Positions 43,313 to 53,499 of a stretch of DNA of 64,000 bases are shown in pieces (position 1 is the first letter of the stretch; the number at the start of each line of letters is the position of its first letter). A model generated the notes under the pieces. It was not told where the DNA came from. It saw nothing but the letters and a program-made list of their open reading frames with translations, and ran no database searches. Position numbers and translations under genes: made by a program. Where the stretch lies: contig MSGZ01000009.1 of assembly GCA_001940925.1 (NCBI GenBank), forward strand, positions 49,908 to 113,907. Direction: 5' to 3'. This stretch comes from Ruminococcus sp. Phil11. GTDB taxonomy: Bacteria; Bacillota; Clostridia; Oscillospirales; Ruminococcaceae.

Positions 43313-44452
43313 ATGCGCTTTCTGCATCTTGCCGATCTGCATCTCGGAAAAGTCCTGCATAAGCAAAGCCTGCTTGCGGATCAGCGGTTTATCCTGCGGC
43401 AGATTCTTGATATCGCCCGCACGCATGAGATCGGTGCGGTACTGATCGCGGGGGATGTGTATCAGCGGAATGCACCCTCTGCTGACGCGATGACGCTGTT
43501 CAGCGATTTTCTTGCGGCACTGGCGGATATGCAGCTGCCCGTTTACGTTATCAGCGGCAATCACGATTCCGCGGAGCGTGTGGCATATCTCTCGGAGATC
43601 GCGGCACATTCCGGGATTCGCATTGCAGGGGCAGGGTCTGCGGAGGTTTATTCGTATCAGACGGAGGATGCTTACGGCAGACTCACCGTGCATCTGATGC
43701 CGTTCACGGCACCGCTGCAGGTACGGCAGAAATATCCGGAGGAGGCAGAGGGTATCCGCTCGTATGACGATGCGGTCCGTGTGCTGCTCTCTCATTATCC
43801 GCTGCCGGATGACGGCGGACGGCATGTAATCGTTGCGCATCAGTATTTAACGGGCGGCGCGGTCTGTGAATCCGAGGAGCTTGCGATCGGCGGGCTGGAC
43901 AACATCTCCGCCGAATTGTTTGACGGCTATGATTATGTTGCACTCGGGCATCTGCACGGGCCGCAGCAGGTCTCCCGTCCGGAGATCCGCTATGCTGGCT
44001 CACCGCTGAAATATTCGTTCTCCGAGGTGCATCAGCACAAATCCGTGACGATCGCCGATATCCGCGAAAAGGGCAATGTGACGGTCGAGACCGTGCCGCT
44101 CATGCCGCTGCATGAGATGCAGGAGCTGACCGGTACGCTGGATGCGCTGATGCAGCACGAACCGACCGAGGACTATCTGCATATCATTCTGACGGACGAC
44201 AATCCGCCGTCCGATGCGGTCAGGATGCTCCGGACGGTGTTCCCGAATCTGCTGCAGATGACCGTGCAGAATACACGGATGCGTGCGGATTACGTACCGG
44301 AGGAGCAGACGCTGCCGCAGCGGACGGATTTTGCGGCACTGCTCACCGATTTTTACGCGGCACAGAATCAGGGTGCCGAACCGACCGAACAGCAGATGCA
44401 GATCGTCCGCGATCTGCTGGAGCAGCTTGACAGAGAGGCGGGTGCGCTATGA
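43313..44452 (+). CDS. sbcD: Exonuclease SbcCD, nuclease subunit D (Mre11 family)
   Basis: MRFLHLADLHLGK...IAGDVY...ISGNHDS...GHLH. Confidence 0.92.
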   Translation: MRFLHLADLHLGKVLHKQSLLADQRFILRQILDIARTHEIGAVLIAGDVYQRNAPSADAMTLFSDFLAALADMQLPVYVISGNHDSAERVAYLSEIAAHSGIRIAGAGSAEVYSYQTEDAYGRLTVHLMPFTAPLQVRQKYPEEAEGIRSYDDAVRVLLSHYPLPDDGGRHVIVAHQYLTGGAVCESEELAIGGLDNISAELFDGYDYVALGHLHGPQQVSRPEIRYAGSPLKYSFSEVHQHKSVTIADIREKGNVTVETVPLMPLHEMQELTGTLDALMQHEPTEDYLHIILTDDNPPSDAVRMLRTVFPNLLQMTVQNTRMRADYVPEEQTLPQRTDFAALLTDFYAAQNQGAEPTEQQMQIVRDLLEQLDREAGAL

Positions 44453-47070
44453 AGCCGAGATTGCTGACGATGCAGGCCTTCGGGCCCTATGCCGGAAAAA
44501 CGGTCGTGGATTTCACGCAGCTGGACAGCGACGGGCTGTTCCTGATCGCCGGTGATACCGGTGCCGGCAAGACGACGATCTTTGACGCGATCTCCTTTGC
44601 GCTTTACGGCGAGGCGAGCGGCGGCTCCGGACGGCGGAGTGCCAAAAGCTTCCGCTCGGACTACGCAGACCCGTCAGAGGAAACCTGCGTCACGCTGGAA
44701 TTCTCACACCGCGGCGGTGTGTATACGGTCAGCCGTGTGCCGGAGCATGAGCGCAGAAAGCTCCGCGGCGAAGGTCTGACAAAGATCAAGGCGTCCGCCG
44801 TGCTGAAAATGCCGGACGGCAGGCTTTACGATTCGATCCCGGAGGTCAACATCGCCGTGCAGACTCTGCTCGGGCTTGACCGCGAGCAGTTTGCGCAGAC
44901 CGTCATGATCGCGCAGGGGGATTTCCTGAAGATCCTGAATGCGAAATCCGCAGACCGCCGTGCGCTGTTCCAGAAGCTGTTTTCAACAGTGCGCTATGCG
45001 AAATTTCAGGAGCTGCTGAAGAATACGCATACCAATGCCAAGCAGGCACTGGAACAGAACGGCCAGCAGATCATGTATGCGGCGGCGGATATCTCCGATG
45101 CGGATGACCCGGATGCGGCGACGGTTTTCGGGATGCTGAAAAGCGATCCGGTCTACGCGGTGCAGGCGATCCCGCTGCTGGAAGCACTCTGTGCGGCACA
45201 GGAGCAGACGCTCTCCGAAAAGAAGGACGCCGCCGCGGCAATGGAATCCGAGCTGCTCATCAAAACGCGGGAGGCAGAACAGGCACAGCAGCAGAATAAC
45301 CTGCTGCGGCAGCTGCAGATGACAGAACAGGAGCTTGACAAGCTGGCTTTGCAAAAGGACGAAGCGGATATGCAGCAGGCGGAGCTCGATGCCGCCGAGA
45401 AAGCAGCCGCGCTCAATCAGCATTATATTGCGCTGCAGACGGCAAAGCAGCAGGAGGCCGAGGCGCAGGTCACGGCGGAGAGTCGGCGCACAGAGCTCCC
45501 CGCACTCGAACAGGCACTCGCCGAGGCAGAAGCTGCGGCGCAGTCTGCGGACGAAGCCGCAGCGGAGATCGCGGGGCTCAATGAGAAAAAGCAGAAGGCC
45601 GAGCGTGCGCTCGAGCTGCTGAAAAAGACCCGTCTTGCGCGGGAGGTACACGAAAAGGCGGTCGCGCAGCTGGAGGAAGCAGCGGCGGCACTGGAACAGG
45701 TCTCCGCACAGCAGAAGCAGGTATTGGCGGCTTACCGTGCCGGACAGGCCGGGACGCTCGCGGAGCAGCTGGAGGAAGACAGCCCCTGCCCGGTCTGCGG
45801 TTCGCGTTCGCACCCGGCACCCGCGGAAAAGCCCGCGCATACGCCGACGGACGCCGACCTCGAAAAGACGGGGCAGGCGGTCAATGCGGCAATGGCTCAT
45901 TACGGGCGGCAGAATCAGGCCGTGACCGAAAAGCATGACGCGCTCGAAGAACTGCTGAAAGAGCTGTCGGCGGTCTGCGGCGCGGAGATCCCCGACGAAG
46001 AAAAGCTGCAGGCGAACTGTGTCCGTGCTGCGGAGCTTGCCGAGCAGCTGACGCAGAATCAGCGTCTGGCTGCGCAGAAGCTGCAGAACGCCGAGCGCGC
46101 GCTGGCATCGAAACGGGCGGCGTCCTCGGAGGCGGATGCGGCACTCGAACGCATCGAAACGCGCTGCGCGGATCTGGACGGCAAATATGCTGCGGCACTG
46201 GCTGCATCGGATTTTATCGGGGAGCAGGAATTTCTTGCGGCACTCCGTTCGCAGGAGCAGCTCATGCTGCTGCGGAACCGGCTGCGGAGCTACCGCGACC
46301 GGCTGCAGCAGCTGAGCGGTCAGCAGGAGAGCTTCCGGAATCAGTGCACGATCACCGAGCCGCTCCCGGTCTCGGAGCTGCAGCAGGAGATTTTGCAGCT
46401 GCGGACGAATAAGGCGGCAGCGGATGCTGCATATCAGGCGGCGGCACGGAGCTGTCAGGGCAATCAGAAGGCACTCCGCACGCTGATCCCGCTGACGAAA
46501 AAACGGGACGAGCTTTCGCAGTATGAAGCCAATGTCCGCGACCTCTACCAGACTGTCGGCGGGCAGCAGACCGGACAGGCAAAATTAAGCTTTGAGGCCT
46601 ATGTGCAGCAGTTCTATTTCAGGCAGGTGACGGAGGCGGCCAATCAGCGGCTCTGCTTCCTGACAAATGACAACTACGCGCTCCGCTGCCGGACAGAGGG
46701 CGGCTCGCTGCGCGGACAGACCGGCCTTGACCTCGAGGTCTATGACAGCACGACCGGTGCATGGCGCGAGGTCTCGACGCTTTCGGGCGGAGAATCCTTC
46801 CTTGCATCGCTGGCACTCGCACTCGGGCTTTCCGATGTCGTGCAGCAGCAGAGCGGCGGCATCACGCTGGATGCGATGTTCATTGACGAGGGCTTCGGCT
46901 CGCTGGACGAGCAGGCTCTCCGGCAGGCGATCCGGATGCTCGGTAAGCTCGCGGACGGCAGCCGGCTGATCGGCGTTATCTCCCATGTGACGGAGCTCAA
47001 GGACGCCATTCCGGCACAGATTCGCATTGCGAAGGATGCAAACGGCAGTACGGTTTCCGTCATCCGGTGA
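44449..47070 (+). CDS. sbcC: Exonuclease SbcCD, ATPase subunit C (Rad50 family)
   Basis: Walker A GDTGAGKTT, long coiled coil with zinc hook CPVCGS, signature LSGGESF, Walker B MFIDEGFGSLD. Confidence 0.92.
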   Translation: MKPRLLTMQAFGPYAGKTVVDFTQLDSDGLFLIAGDTGAGKTTIFDAISFALYGEASGGSGRRSAKSFRSDYADPSEETCVTLEFSHRGGVYTVSRVPEHERRKLRGEGLTKIKASAVLKMPDGRLYDSIPEVNIAVQTLLGLDREQFAQTVMIAQGDFLKILNAKSADRRALFQKLFSTVRYAKFQELLKNTHTNAKQALEQNGQQIMYAAADISDADDPDAATVFGMLKSDPVYAVQAIPLLEALCAAQEQTLSEKKDAAAAMESELLIKTREAEQAQQQNNLLRQLQMTEQELDKLALQKDEADMQQAELDAAEKAAALNQHYIALQTAKQQEAEAQVTAESRRTELPALEQALAEAEAAAQSADEAAAEIAGLNEKKQKAERALELLKKTRLAREVHEKAVAQLEEAAAALEQVSAQQKQVLAAYRAGQAGTLAEQLEEDSPCPVCGSRSHPAPAEKPAHTPTDADLEKTGQAVNAAMAHYGRQNQAVTEKHDALEELLKELSAVCGAEIPDEEKLQANCVRAAELAEQLTQNQRLAAQKLQNAERALASKRAASSEADAALERIETRCADLDGKYAAALAASDFIGEQEFLAALRSQEQLMLLRNRLRSYRDRLQQLSGQQESFRNQCTITEPLPVSELQQEILQLRTNKAAADAAYQAAARSCQGNQKALRTLIPLTKKRDELSQYEANVRDLYQTVGGQQTGQAKLSFEAYVQQFYFRQVTEAANQRLCFLTNDNYALRCRTEGGSLRGQTGLDLEVYDSTTGAWREVSTLSGGESFLASLALALGLSDVVQQQSGGITLDAMFIDEGFGSLDEQALRQAIRMLGKLADGSRLIGVISHVTELKDAIPAQIRIAKDANGSTVSVIR

Positions 47071-47128
47071 CGGCTCCGTCAAAATAACAGAAAGTTGTAT
47101 TTTTTCTTCTGAAATAGCGTACAAATAC

Positions 47129-47157
47129 TTGACAAATAAATGTAATTCATGTAAAAT
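47129..47157 (+). promoter_or_regulatory. Promoter of the C11 peptidase gene
   Basis: TTGACA 47129-47134, 17-nt spacer, TAAAAT 47152-47157. Confidence 0.6.
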
Positions 47158-47193
47158 AGTATCAGAATCTTGCAAACTTAGGAGGATTGCAGT

Positions 47194-49566
47194 ATGGATC
47201 AGAATCGACCGAAAGGGCGCGAAAAGCATGTGACCGAAGGCGGCTCCGGCGTACACCGCCGCGGCGAAGGTCTGGGTACCGGTCCGGTCGGATCACAGGA
47301 CGGATATGCAGGCAGAAAGCAGCAGCAGTCCGGCGGCGGCGCCGGCAAGCGTGCCGCGGCAGCAGGCGGCGGCGGAACGATCATCATCGCCCTGCTTGTG
47401 TTAATGATGATGAAGGGCTGCAATACGAGCAGTCTCGGCGGCGGCGGCGGTGCCGGTGATCTGGCAGAGCTGCTCGGCGGAGGCGGCGGTGAGCTGCCGT
47501 ATCATTCCGAACAGGCAGCAGAGCCGCAGTATTCGGTCCCGGATTCGACCCCGGTTGACAGTTCCGTGGCATCCGGCTCCCGCGACAAGCGCACGAAGAT
47601 CCTCGGCAACAATCAGGATACCGTCACGATGATGATCTATATCTGCGGTACCGACCTGGAATCGAGAAGCGGCATGGCGTCCTCTGACCTTTCGGAGATC
47701 GCCGGTGCAAAATACGGCGACAATGTCAATGTGATCGTCTATACCGGCGGCTGCTCCGGCTGGAAAACGCAGGGCATCAGCAGCCAGGTCAACCAGATCT
47801 ACCGCGTGCGGAATCAGCAGCTGGAGCGTCTGGAAGCGGATATGGGCAACAAGGCCATGACGAATCCGGCGACGCTCTCCGAGTTTATCCGCTACTGCGC
47901 AAAGAACTTCCCGGCAAACCGCAATGAACTGATCTTCTGGGATCACGGCGGGGGATCGGTCACCGGCTACGGCTATGACGAAAAGCTCCGGAACGGCGGA
48001 TCCATGGATCTCGGCGGGATCAGTCAGGCCCTGAAGGACGGCGGCGTGACCTTCGATTTCGTCGGCTTCGATGCCTGCCTGATGGCAACGGCCGAGACCG
48101 CTCTGATGCTGAACGACTATGCCGACTACATGATCGCGTCCGAGGAAACGGAGCCCGGCATCGGCTGGTATTACACCAACTGGGTGACGCAGCTCGGCTC
48201 GAACACCTCGATGCCGACCGTTGAGATCGGCAAGAATATCGTCGATGACTTTACCGCTGCGTGTGCGAGAAAGTGCCCCGGCCAGCAGACCACGCTGTCT
48301 GTCATTGACCTGGCGGAATTTTCCAACACCGTGCCGGAGAAGCTCAGCGCATTCTCGAAATCCGTCAGCAATCTGCTGGAGCAGAAGGAATACCAGAAGG
48401 TTTCCGATGCACGCTACGGCACCAGAGAATTTGCGACCTCGAACCGCATTGACCAGATCGACCTTGCGCATCTGGCACTGAATGTCGGCACCAGCGAGGG
48501 CAAGGCACTCGCCGATACGATCCAGAAGGCGGTCAAGTACAACCGGACATCCTCGAACATGACGAATGCCTACGGCGTTTCGATCTTCTTCCCGTACCGG
48601 AATGCGAAGTACGTGGCACCGGCCTGCAGCACCTATAACCAGATCAACATGAACTCCGAGTATACCAAGTGTATCCGCCAGTTCGCCAGCCTGCAGAGCA
48701 GCGGTCAGATCGCTTCCGGCGGTACGGAATCTCCGCTCGGCGCACTGCTCGGCATGGGCGGCGGCAGCAGCGGCGGCGGCGGTGCCGATATGATCGGTTC
48801 GCTGCTCGGCAGCTTCCTGTCCTCCGGTATGGCGGGCGGCAGAAGCATTGCAGGTCTGGATGCATCGAACATCGACTTCATGAACGATCTGCCGTTCAGT
48901 CAGGATGAGACCGCGGAGTACATCTCCATGAACCTGCTTGACACGGACGCGCTGACATGGCAGCAGAAAAACGGCCGCTATGTGATGACGCTTCCGGAAG
49001 ATCAGTGGAAGCTCATCGAAAAGATCGACAAAAACATGTTCTATGATGACGGCACCGGCTATGTCGATCTCGGCCTTGACAATGTGTATGATTTCGACGA
49101 CGACAAGAATCTCGTTGCCGATACCGACCGCAACTGGCTTGCAATCAACAATCAGGTCGTTGCTTACTATCACACTGACACAACGGTGAACGGCGACAAT
49201 TACCGCATTGACGGCTATGTGCCGTGCCTGCTGAACGGAGAGCGTGCAAAGCTCCTGCTCGTGTTCGATCAGGATAACCCGAAGGGCTATATCGCCGGTG
49301 CGGAGACCGATTACCGCAACAATGAGACGGAGACCGTCGCAAAGAGCATGACCGAGCTGAACGTCGGCGATACGCTGGATTTCGTCTGTGACTATTACAG
49401 CTATGACGGCGATTATCTTGACAGCTACATGCTCGGCGAAACGATGACCGTCAGCAGCAACATGCAGATCAGCAATGTTTCCGTCGGCAGCGGGCAGGTG
49501 AAGATCATGTACATGTTCACCGACCTCTACAACCACGAGGCATGGTCTGATCCGATCATCCAGTAA
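47194..49566 (+). CDS. Membrane-anchored clostripain-family (peptidase C11) protein
   Basis: Gly-rich cytoplasmic N-terminus (GSGVHRRGEGLGTGPVG) and TM IIIALLVLMMM. C11 core has catalytic His in LIFWDHGGG and Cys in VGFDACLMAT. The C-terminal extension is about 330 aa. Confidence 0.8.
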   Translation: MDQNRPKGREKHVTEGGSGVHRRGEGLGTGPVGSQDGYAGRKQQQSGGGAGKRAAAAGGGGTIIIALLVLMMMKGCNTSSLGGGGGAGDLAELLGGGGGELPYHSEQAAEPQYSVPDSTPVDSSVASGSRDKRTKILGNNQDTVTMMIYICGTDLESRSGMASSDLSEIAGAKYGDNVNVIVYTGGCSGWKTQGISSQVNQIYRVRNQQLERLEADMGNKAMTNPATLSEFIRYCAKNFPANRNELIFWDHGGGSVTGYGYDEKLRNGGSMDLGGISQALKDGGVTFDFVGFDACLMATAETALMLNDYADYMIASEETEPGIGWYYTNWVTQLGSNTSMPTVEIGKNIVDDFTAACARKCPGQQTTLSVIDLAEFSNTVPEKLSAFSKSVSNLLEQKEYQKVSDARYGTREFATSNRIDQIDLAHLALNVGTSEGKALADTIQKAVKYNRTSSNMTNAYGVSIFFPYRNAKYVAPACSTYNQINMNSEYTKCIRQFASLQSSGQIASGGTESPLGALLGMGGGSSGGGGADMIGSLLGSFLSSGMAGGRSIAGLDASNIDFMNDLPFSQDETAEYISMNLLDTDALTWQQKNGRYVMTLPEDQWKLIEKIDKNMFYDDGTGYVDLGLDNVYDFDDDKNLVADTDRNWLAINNQVVAYYHTDTTVNGDNYRIDGYVPCLLNGERAKLLLVFDQDNPKGYIAGAETDYRNNETETVAKSMTELNVGDTLDFVCDYYSYDGDYLDSYMLGETMTVSSNMQISNVSVGSGQVKIMYMFTDLYNHEAWSDPIIQ

Positions 49567-49575
49567 ATCAGCAGC

Positions 49576-49612
49576 ACAAAGCACCCTGCGTCAAACAGGG
49601 TGCTTTGTATTG
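49576..49612 (+). terminator. Intrinsic terminator after the C11 gene
   Basis: ACAAAGCACCCTG-CGTCAAA-CAGGGTGCTTTGT followed by ATTG (weak U-tract). Confidence 0.55.
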
Positions 49613-49625
49613 AAAGGAGTAACAG

Positions 49626-50105
49626 ATGCTTGACAGGGAGACGTCTGCTGCAGTCGGAAAACTGGTCAGTGCAGTGGTCGCGCTGCTGTTTGCGGCGACC
49701 GTTGCCGGGATGATGTTTTTCCGGTATCAGGACAGGGATGAGAACAGAAAGCTGTACACAGTTCCTGTGACCGGGTATGTGCAGAAGTGCGATGCATATA
49801 CGAAGCGTGTGAGAAGCTCGAACGGTGTATACAGCGACAGACGGTATTATGTGGTCACGGTCGGCTATGAAATAGAAGGAAAGAAGTTTTCGGCCGTGCT
49901 CGAAGAATCCCGTTCTTACAATACCGGTGCGGGTGTGTCGCTGATGTACGATCCGGATACCTTCGCTGCCGTGCGGCTTTCCGAAACGCAGCAGGATCCT
50001 GTGCCTTACATGATCGGCGGGGGGATCGTACTGTTCTCTGTCCTGATCGGCGCGGTGGGTATTGTCAGTTTCCTGCGCGGCAGGAACGGGAACGATATCT
50101 GGTAA
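49626..50105 (+). CDS. DUF3592-like membrane protein (TM - beta domain - TM), paralog 1
   Basis: LVSAVVALLFAATVAGMMFF...VTGYVQKCDAY...YYVVTVGYEIEGKKF...VSLMYDP...YMIGGGIVLFSVLIGAVGIV. Confidence 0.6.
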   Translation: MLDRETSAAVGKLVSAVVALLFAATVAGMMFFRYQDRDENRKLYTVPVTGYVQKCDAYTKRVRSSNGVYSDRRYYVVTVGYEIEGKKFSAVLEESRSYNTGAGVSLMYDPDTFAAVRLSETQQDPVPYMIGGGIVLFSVLIGAVGIVSFLRGRNGNDIW

Positions 50106-50115
50106 GGAGAATCTG

Positions 50116-50583
50116 ATGGGAAGACGGAACAGACCGGTGAACAGGATGATCAGCGGAATTGCCTGCTTTCTGATTGCGGTGATCTTCATTGCGCTGGCGG
50201 TACTGCATTTTCAGGAAACGAAGCTGAAAGCAGAACTGTATACGGAACCGATCACCGGAACCGTGCTGCAGTGCGAAGCCTATCAGAAAACAGAACGCAG
50301 CGCGGGACGGCACGGCGGCACCAGAGTCAAAACATATTACGCGATTACGATCGGCTATGAGATCGAAAAAGGACATCCGCTGACGATCGAGCGGCGGGAA
50401 CAGACATGGCCGCAGGCGATCGGCACGGAGATCCCGCTGATGTATAACCCGAAAACGGGAGAAGCGGTGCGGAAATCCGAAACCGTGCAGGATCTAAAGG
50501 TCTATCTGGTGTTCGGTGCGGCTGCGCTGATTTTTTCCGGGGTCGGTGTGGTTTATGTGATGACCGCCCGGCGGGATTGGTAA
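50116..50583 (+). CDS. DUF3592-like membrane protein, paralog 2
   Basis: RBS AAGGAG then ATG 50116. ...ITGTVLQCEAY...YYAITIGYEIEKGH...IPLMYNP...VYLVFGAAALIFSGVGVVYV is collinear with paralog 1. Confidence 0.6.
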   Translation: MGRRNRPVNRMISGIACFLIAVIFIALAVLHFQETKLKAELYTEPITGTVLQCEAYQKTERSAGRHGGTRVKTYYAITIGYEIEKGHPLTIERREQTWPQAIGTEIPLMYNPKTGEAVRKSETVQDLKVYLVFGAAALIFSGVGVVYVMTARRDW

Positions 50584-50604
50584 CGGACTTCGGAAAGGAG
50601 CATT

Positions 50605-50874
50605 ATGCTGAAATATGTACTCATTATTTTTGCAGCCATCAGCCTGCTGACCTTTGTCAGCTACGGGCTTGATAAGCACGCTGCAAAGCAGAAAACATGG
50701 CGCGTGCCGGAGCGCAGGCTGCTGCTGTTCGGATTTGCCGGCGGTGCCGCCGGTGCGCTGCTCGGGATGCAGTTCTTTCATCACAAAACGCGCAAGCCGC
50801 GGTTCTGGGTCATTAACATTCTCGGGCTGCTCTGGCAGGCCGCGCTCTGCATTTATCTGCTGCGGAACAAATAA
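50605..50874 (+). CDS. DUF1294 family membrane protein
   Basis: FVSYGLDKHAAKQKTWRVPERRLLLFGFAGGAAGALLGMQFFHHKTRKPRF is the characteristic DUF1294 core. Confidence 0.75.
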   Translation: MLKYVLIIFAAISLLTFVSYGLDKHAAKQKTWRVPERRLLLFGFAGGAAGALLGMQFFHHKTRKPRFWVINILGLLWQAALCIYLLRNK

Positions 50875-50916
50875 AAATCCCCCGCAAAGCGAACTGCTCT
50901 GCGGGGGTGCTTTTTA
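50873..50916. terminator. Bidirectional terminator between the DUF1294 gene (+) and the GH9 gene (-)
   Basis: AAAAATCCCCCGCAAAGC-loop-CTCTGCGGGGGTGCTTTTT, with an A-run on one side and a T-run on the other. Confidence 0.75.
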
Positions 50917-53298
50917 CTGCGGTGCAAGCTGATCTGCATTGATGAGCTTTGCAATATACTTCAGAATCTTGATCGTATCATCTGCCGTGACATTGCCGCT
51001 GCCGTCAACGTCAGCGTTCTTCTTGCCCTGATCGGTGATCCTTGCGCCTGCATCCTCTGTTGCATAGCGGCAGATCAGAACGGCGTCGGAAACGTCTACT
51101 TTTCCGCTGCAGTCCGCATCGCCCCAGGTGATGTCCGAAGGATCCAGCGTCGTGATGTTGATACCGGTCGTTTCGATCGGCTTGGTGGTGGTCGGAACGG
51201 GAGCCGGGGTCGTATCCGGAGCCGGCGTGGTCACCGGTGCAGCAGTGGTCGTCACGGCCGGCGGCGCGGTGGTCTCCTTCGGCGGATCAATGTTCGGTCT
51301 GGAGCCGCCCGGTGCCGGGTTTGCGCTGATCGAGCCGGTGCCCTTGGTGCCGTCCGGTTCCTCGCCGGAGATCAGCACGCCGTTTTCGTAAACCGGGATA
51401 TATGCGGTATACTCGTTCGCGGTGCCGCCGAGGCCCTTTGCAGACGGGTCATTGGTCGCATCCCAGCCCTTGCCGTAGTTCGGATACACAAGTGCAAGCA
51501 GGATCTCGCACTGATGCTGACCCTCGGAGATCGGCATGAATGCTCTGCCGTCCGGGAAGTTGATCTCAACGTAGTAGATATTGCCCTTGTACTGCTTCGG
51601 CTTGGAGATCTCCGCAGCCTTGACGCCGTCGCCGGAATACATGCCGGTCTGGTCGCGGTCCACGCGCATTTCCACGCTGGTCGGATCAAGACCTGCGTCG
51701 ATGATCTCGCTGAGATCCATGTAGTAGCGCATCGAGATGTTATCGACAACACGCGCCGGCCATGCGGTGTGGTTCGTGATCTTCATGCTGACGGTCGTGC
51801 CGCCGGAATCGCTGGTCGCCTTTGCCTCGACAAAGAACTCGTCCTCGCGCTTTTCCGGATACGGGAAGTTCGGGTCGCTCTTGCCGCCGTACTTATCGAG
51901 CATCTTGCAGAGCATTGCGGTGTAGCCGGAATTGTAGTCTGTTGCAACCTCATTGCAGATGTAGTCGCCGCGGTCATCATTGAAGGAGCCGTCCTGCTTC
52001 GGACCGCCGACCAGTGCGCCGTACAGAATGTGACGGTTCAGCGTCGGGGTCTTTTCTGCGTTCTTCCACGAGCCGTGAGCGGTTCTGTGGTGGCAGCACT
52101 TCGGGGAATTGTCTGCGTAGCCGACGACATAGCACTGCTTGGTCGGGTTATCGCCGAGCGCGAAGTTGACCTGCTTTTCAGCCAGTGCCATATACTGATC
52201 GAACTTTGCGTCATCCTTGAACAGCTTGTCGCAGGCGTATGCGCAGGTGAAAGCGAATGCATTTGCATGGCGCAGGCAGCCCCAGTTCTGCACATAGATC
52301 AGGCCGCCCGGAACAGTATCCTTGGATTCGAGCCAGTAGTCAAGGTGACGTTTGGCCTGCGTTTTCCATGCTTCATCGCCGGTATTGATCGCATAGAGGA
52401 TTGTTGCACCCTGCTGCACATCGTCCCAGCAGTGGCACCACGAATATTTCAGCATATCGCCCTGACCCATTTCGGTGCCGAGGCTGGACTTATACGATGC
52501 GGCCTTTTCCAGATAGGAATTGTCCTTGGTCGCCATATAGAGCCAGTTGCAGCAGAAGAACAGGTCGTCGTAGAACTGACGGGACTCGTAGAAGCCCTGT
52601 GCATCGGACTTGTTATAGGTTGCGTCGCTGCGGTCTGCATCTGCCATTTTGAACATGCTGACAGCGTGCTTGAGGTAGTTTTCCAGCACAGAGCTGTCCA
52701 CTCTGCCCTGCAGTGCGCAGTAGCCTGCTGCCAGCGCGGATGCCATCTGTGCGGTCACAGCGGAGCAGTTTCTGCCCTTTAATACGCCGCGGCAGTTGGT
52801 GTTGCCCTGATCCTTCATGCCGTATTCGAGCAGCTCACAGGGTCCCCACCATGTATGGTCCTTCTGGCCGAGGCCGACCTGATAGATGACCGAGTCGCCG
52901 AGGTCGCAGTCCACGAAGTAGTCGAGTGCCCATTTCAGGTTGTTGACGTAGTTCGTCATCTCACCGGCCTGCTCGACGCCGTTCGGATAGGCGTACAGAC
53001 CCCATGCGAGCATGGATGCCGAATAGGACATCGGCAGATTGAATTTTGCGTGGTCGCCCGCATCGAACCAGCCGCCGAGCAGGCCGTCGTTCAGACCTGC
53101 ATCGCCGCGCCATTCCACGCGGTTCCACTCCGGCAGCTTTCCGGCCTGCTGACACTCATAGAAGTACAGCGACATCTGGAGTGCCTTTGCATAGTCCAGA
53201 TCGGAAGCTGCGGTGACAGACACAGCCGGTACGGACTGCGCCATGCCTGCGAGCACGGCAGCTGCGCTCAGCAATGCCGTGATCCGTTTCTTTCTCAT
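50914..53298 (-). CDS. Cellulosomal GH9 endoglucanase: signal peptide, GH9, CBM3c-like module, Thr/Pro linker, dockerin
   Basis: DYAKALQMSLYFYECQQAGKLP...WRGDAGLNDG...GGWFDAGDHAKFNLPM...HHRTAHGSW...DDRGDYICNEVATDYNSG. Dockerin: GDADCSGKVDVSDAVLICRY...NADVDGSGNVTADDTIKILKYIA. Confidence 0.9.
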   Translation of the reverse strand: MRKKRITALLSAAAVLAGMAQSVPAVSVTAASDLDYAKALQMSLYFYECQQAGKLPEWNRVEWRGDAGLNDGLLGGWFDAGDHAKFNLPMSYSASMLAWGLYAYPNGVEQAGEMTNYVNNLKWALDYFVDCDLGDSVIYQVGLGQKDHTWWGPCELLEYGMKDQGNTNCRGVLKGRNCSAVTAQMASALAAGYCALQGRVDSSVLENYLKHAVSMFKMADADRSDATYNKSDAQGFYESRQFYDDLFFCCNWLYMATKDNSYLEKAASYKSSLGTEMGQGDMLKYSWCHCWDDVQQGATILYAINTGDEAWKTQAKRHLDYWLESKDTVPGGLIYVQNWGCLRHANAFAFTCAYACDKLFKDDAKFDQYMALAEKQVNFALGDNPTKQCYVVGYADNSPKCCHHRTAHGSWKNAEKTPTLNRHILYGALVGGPKQDGSFNDDRGDYICNEVATDYNSGYTAMLCKMLDKYGGKSDPNFPYPEKREDEFFVEAKATSDSGGTTVSMKITNHTAWPARVVDNISMRYYMDLSEIIDAGLDPTSVEMRVDRDQTGMYSGDGVKAAEISKPKQYKGNIYYVEINFPDGRAFMPISEGQHQCEILLALVYPNYGKGWDATNDPSAKGLGGTANEYTAYIPVYENGVLISGEEPDGTKGTGSISANPAPGGSRPNIDPPKETTAPPAVTTTAAPVTTPAPDTTPAPVPTTTKPIETTGINITTLDPSDITWGDADCSGKVDVSDAVLICRYATEDAGARITDQGKKNADVDGSGNVTADDTIKILKYIAKLINADQLAPQ

Positions 53299-53499
53299 AG
53301 TATAGATCCCCTCCTGAATTTATCCTGCGGCATCCGTTTGCCGCGTTACCTATATTATGCCACAAATCCGCGCCTTTGTCAAGTTGTTATTTGTGCAAAT
53401 CCGTAATAAAGCATACAAAGATAATACAATGCATTATTTACAGTGCAGGCTGGGTGTGTTATAATAAGGGTACAAATACAGTATACGGGGGATACCGCG

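Noticed and set aside
43313-47070. SbcD/SbcC considered as part of a phage-defence (Lamassu/Gabija/Old-like) system.
   Set aside because: The pair has the canonical housekeeping SbcCD architecture: Mre11 phosphoesterase motifs plus a Rad50-like ATPase with a CPVCG zinc hook. The two genes overlap as usual, and there is no associated effector gene.
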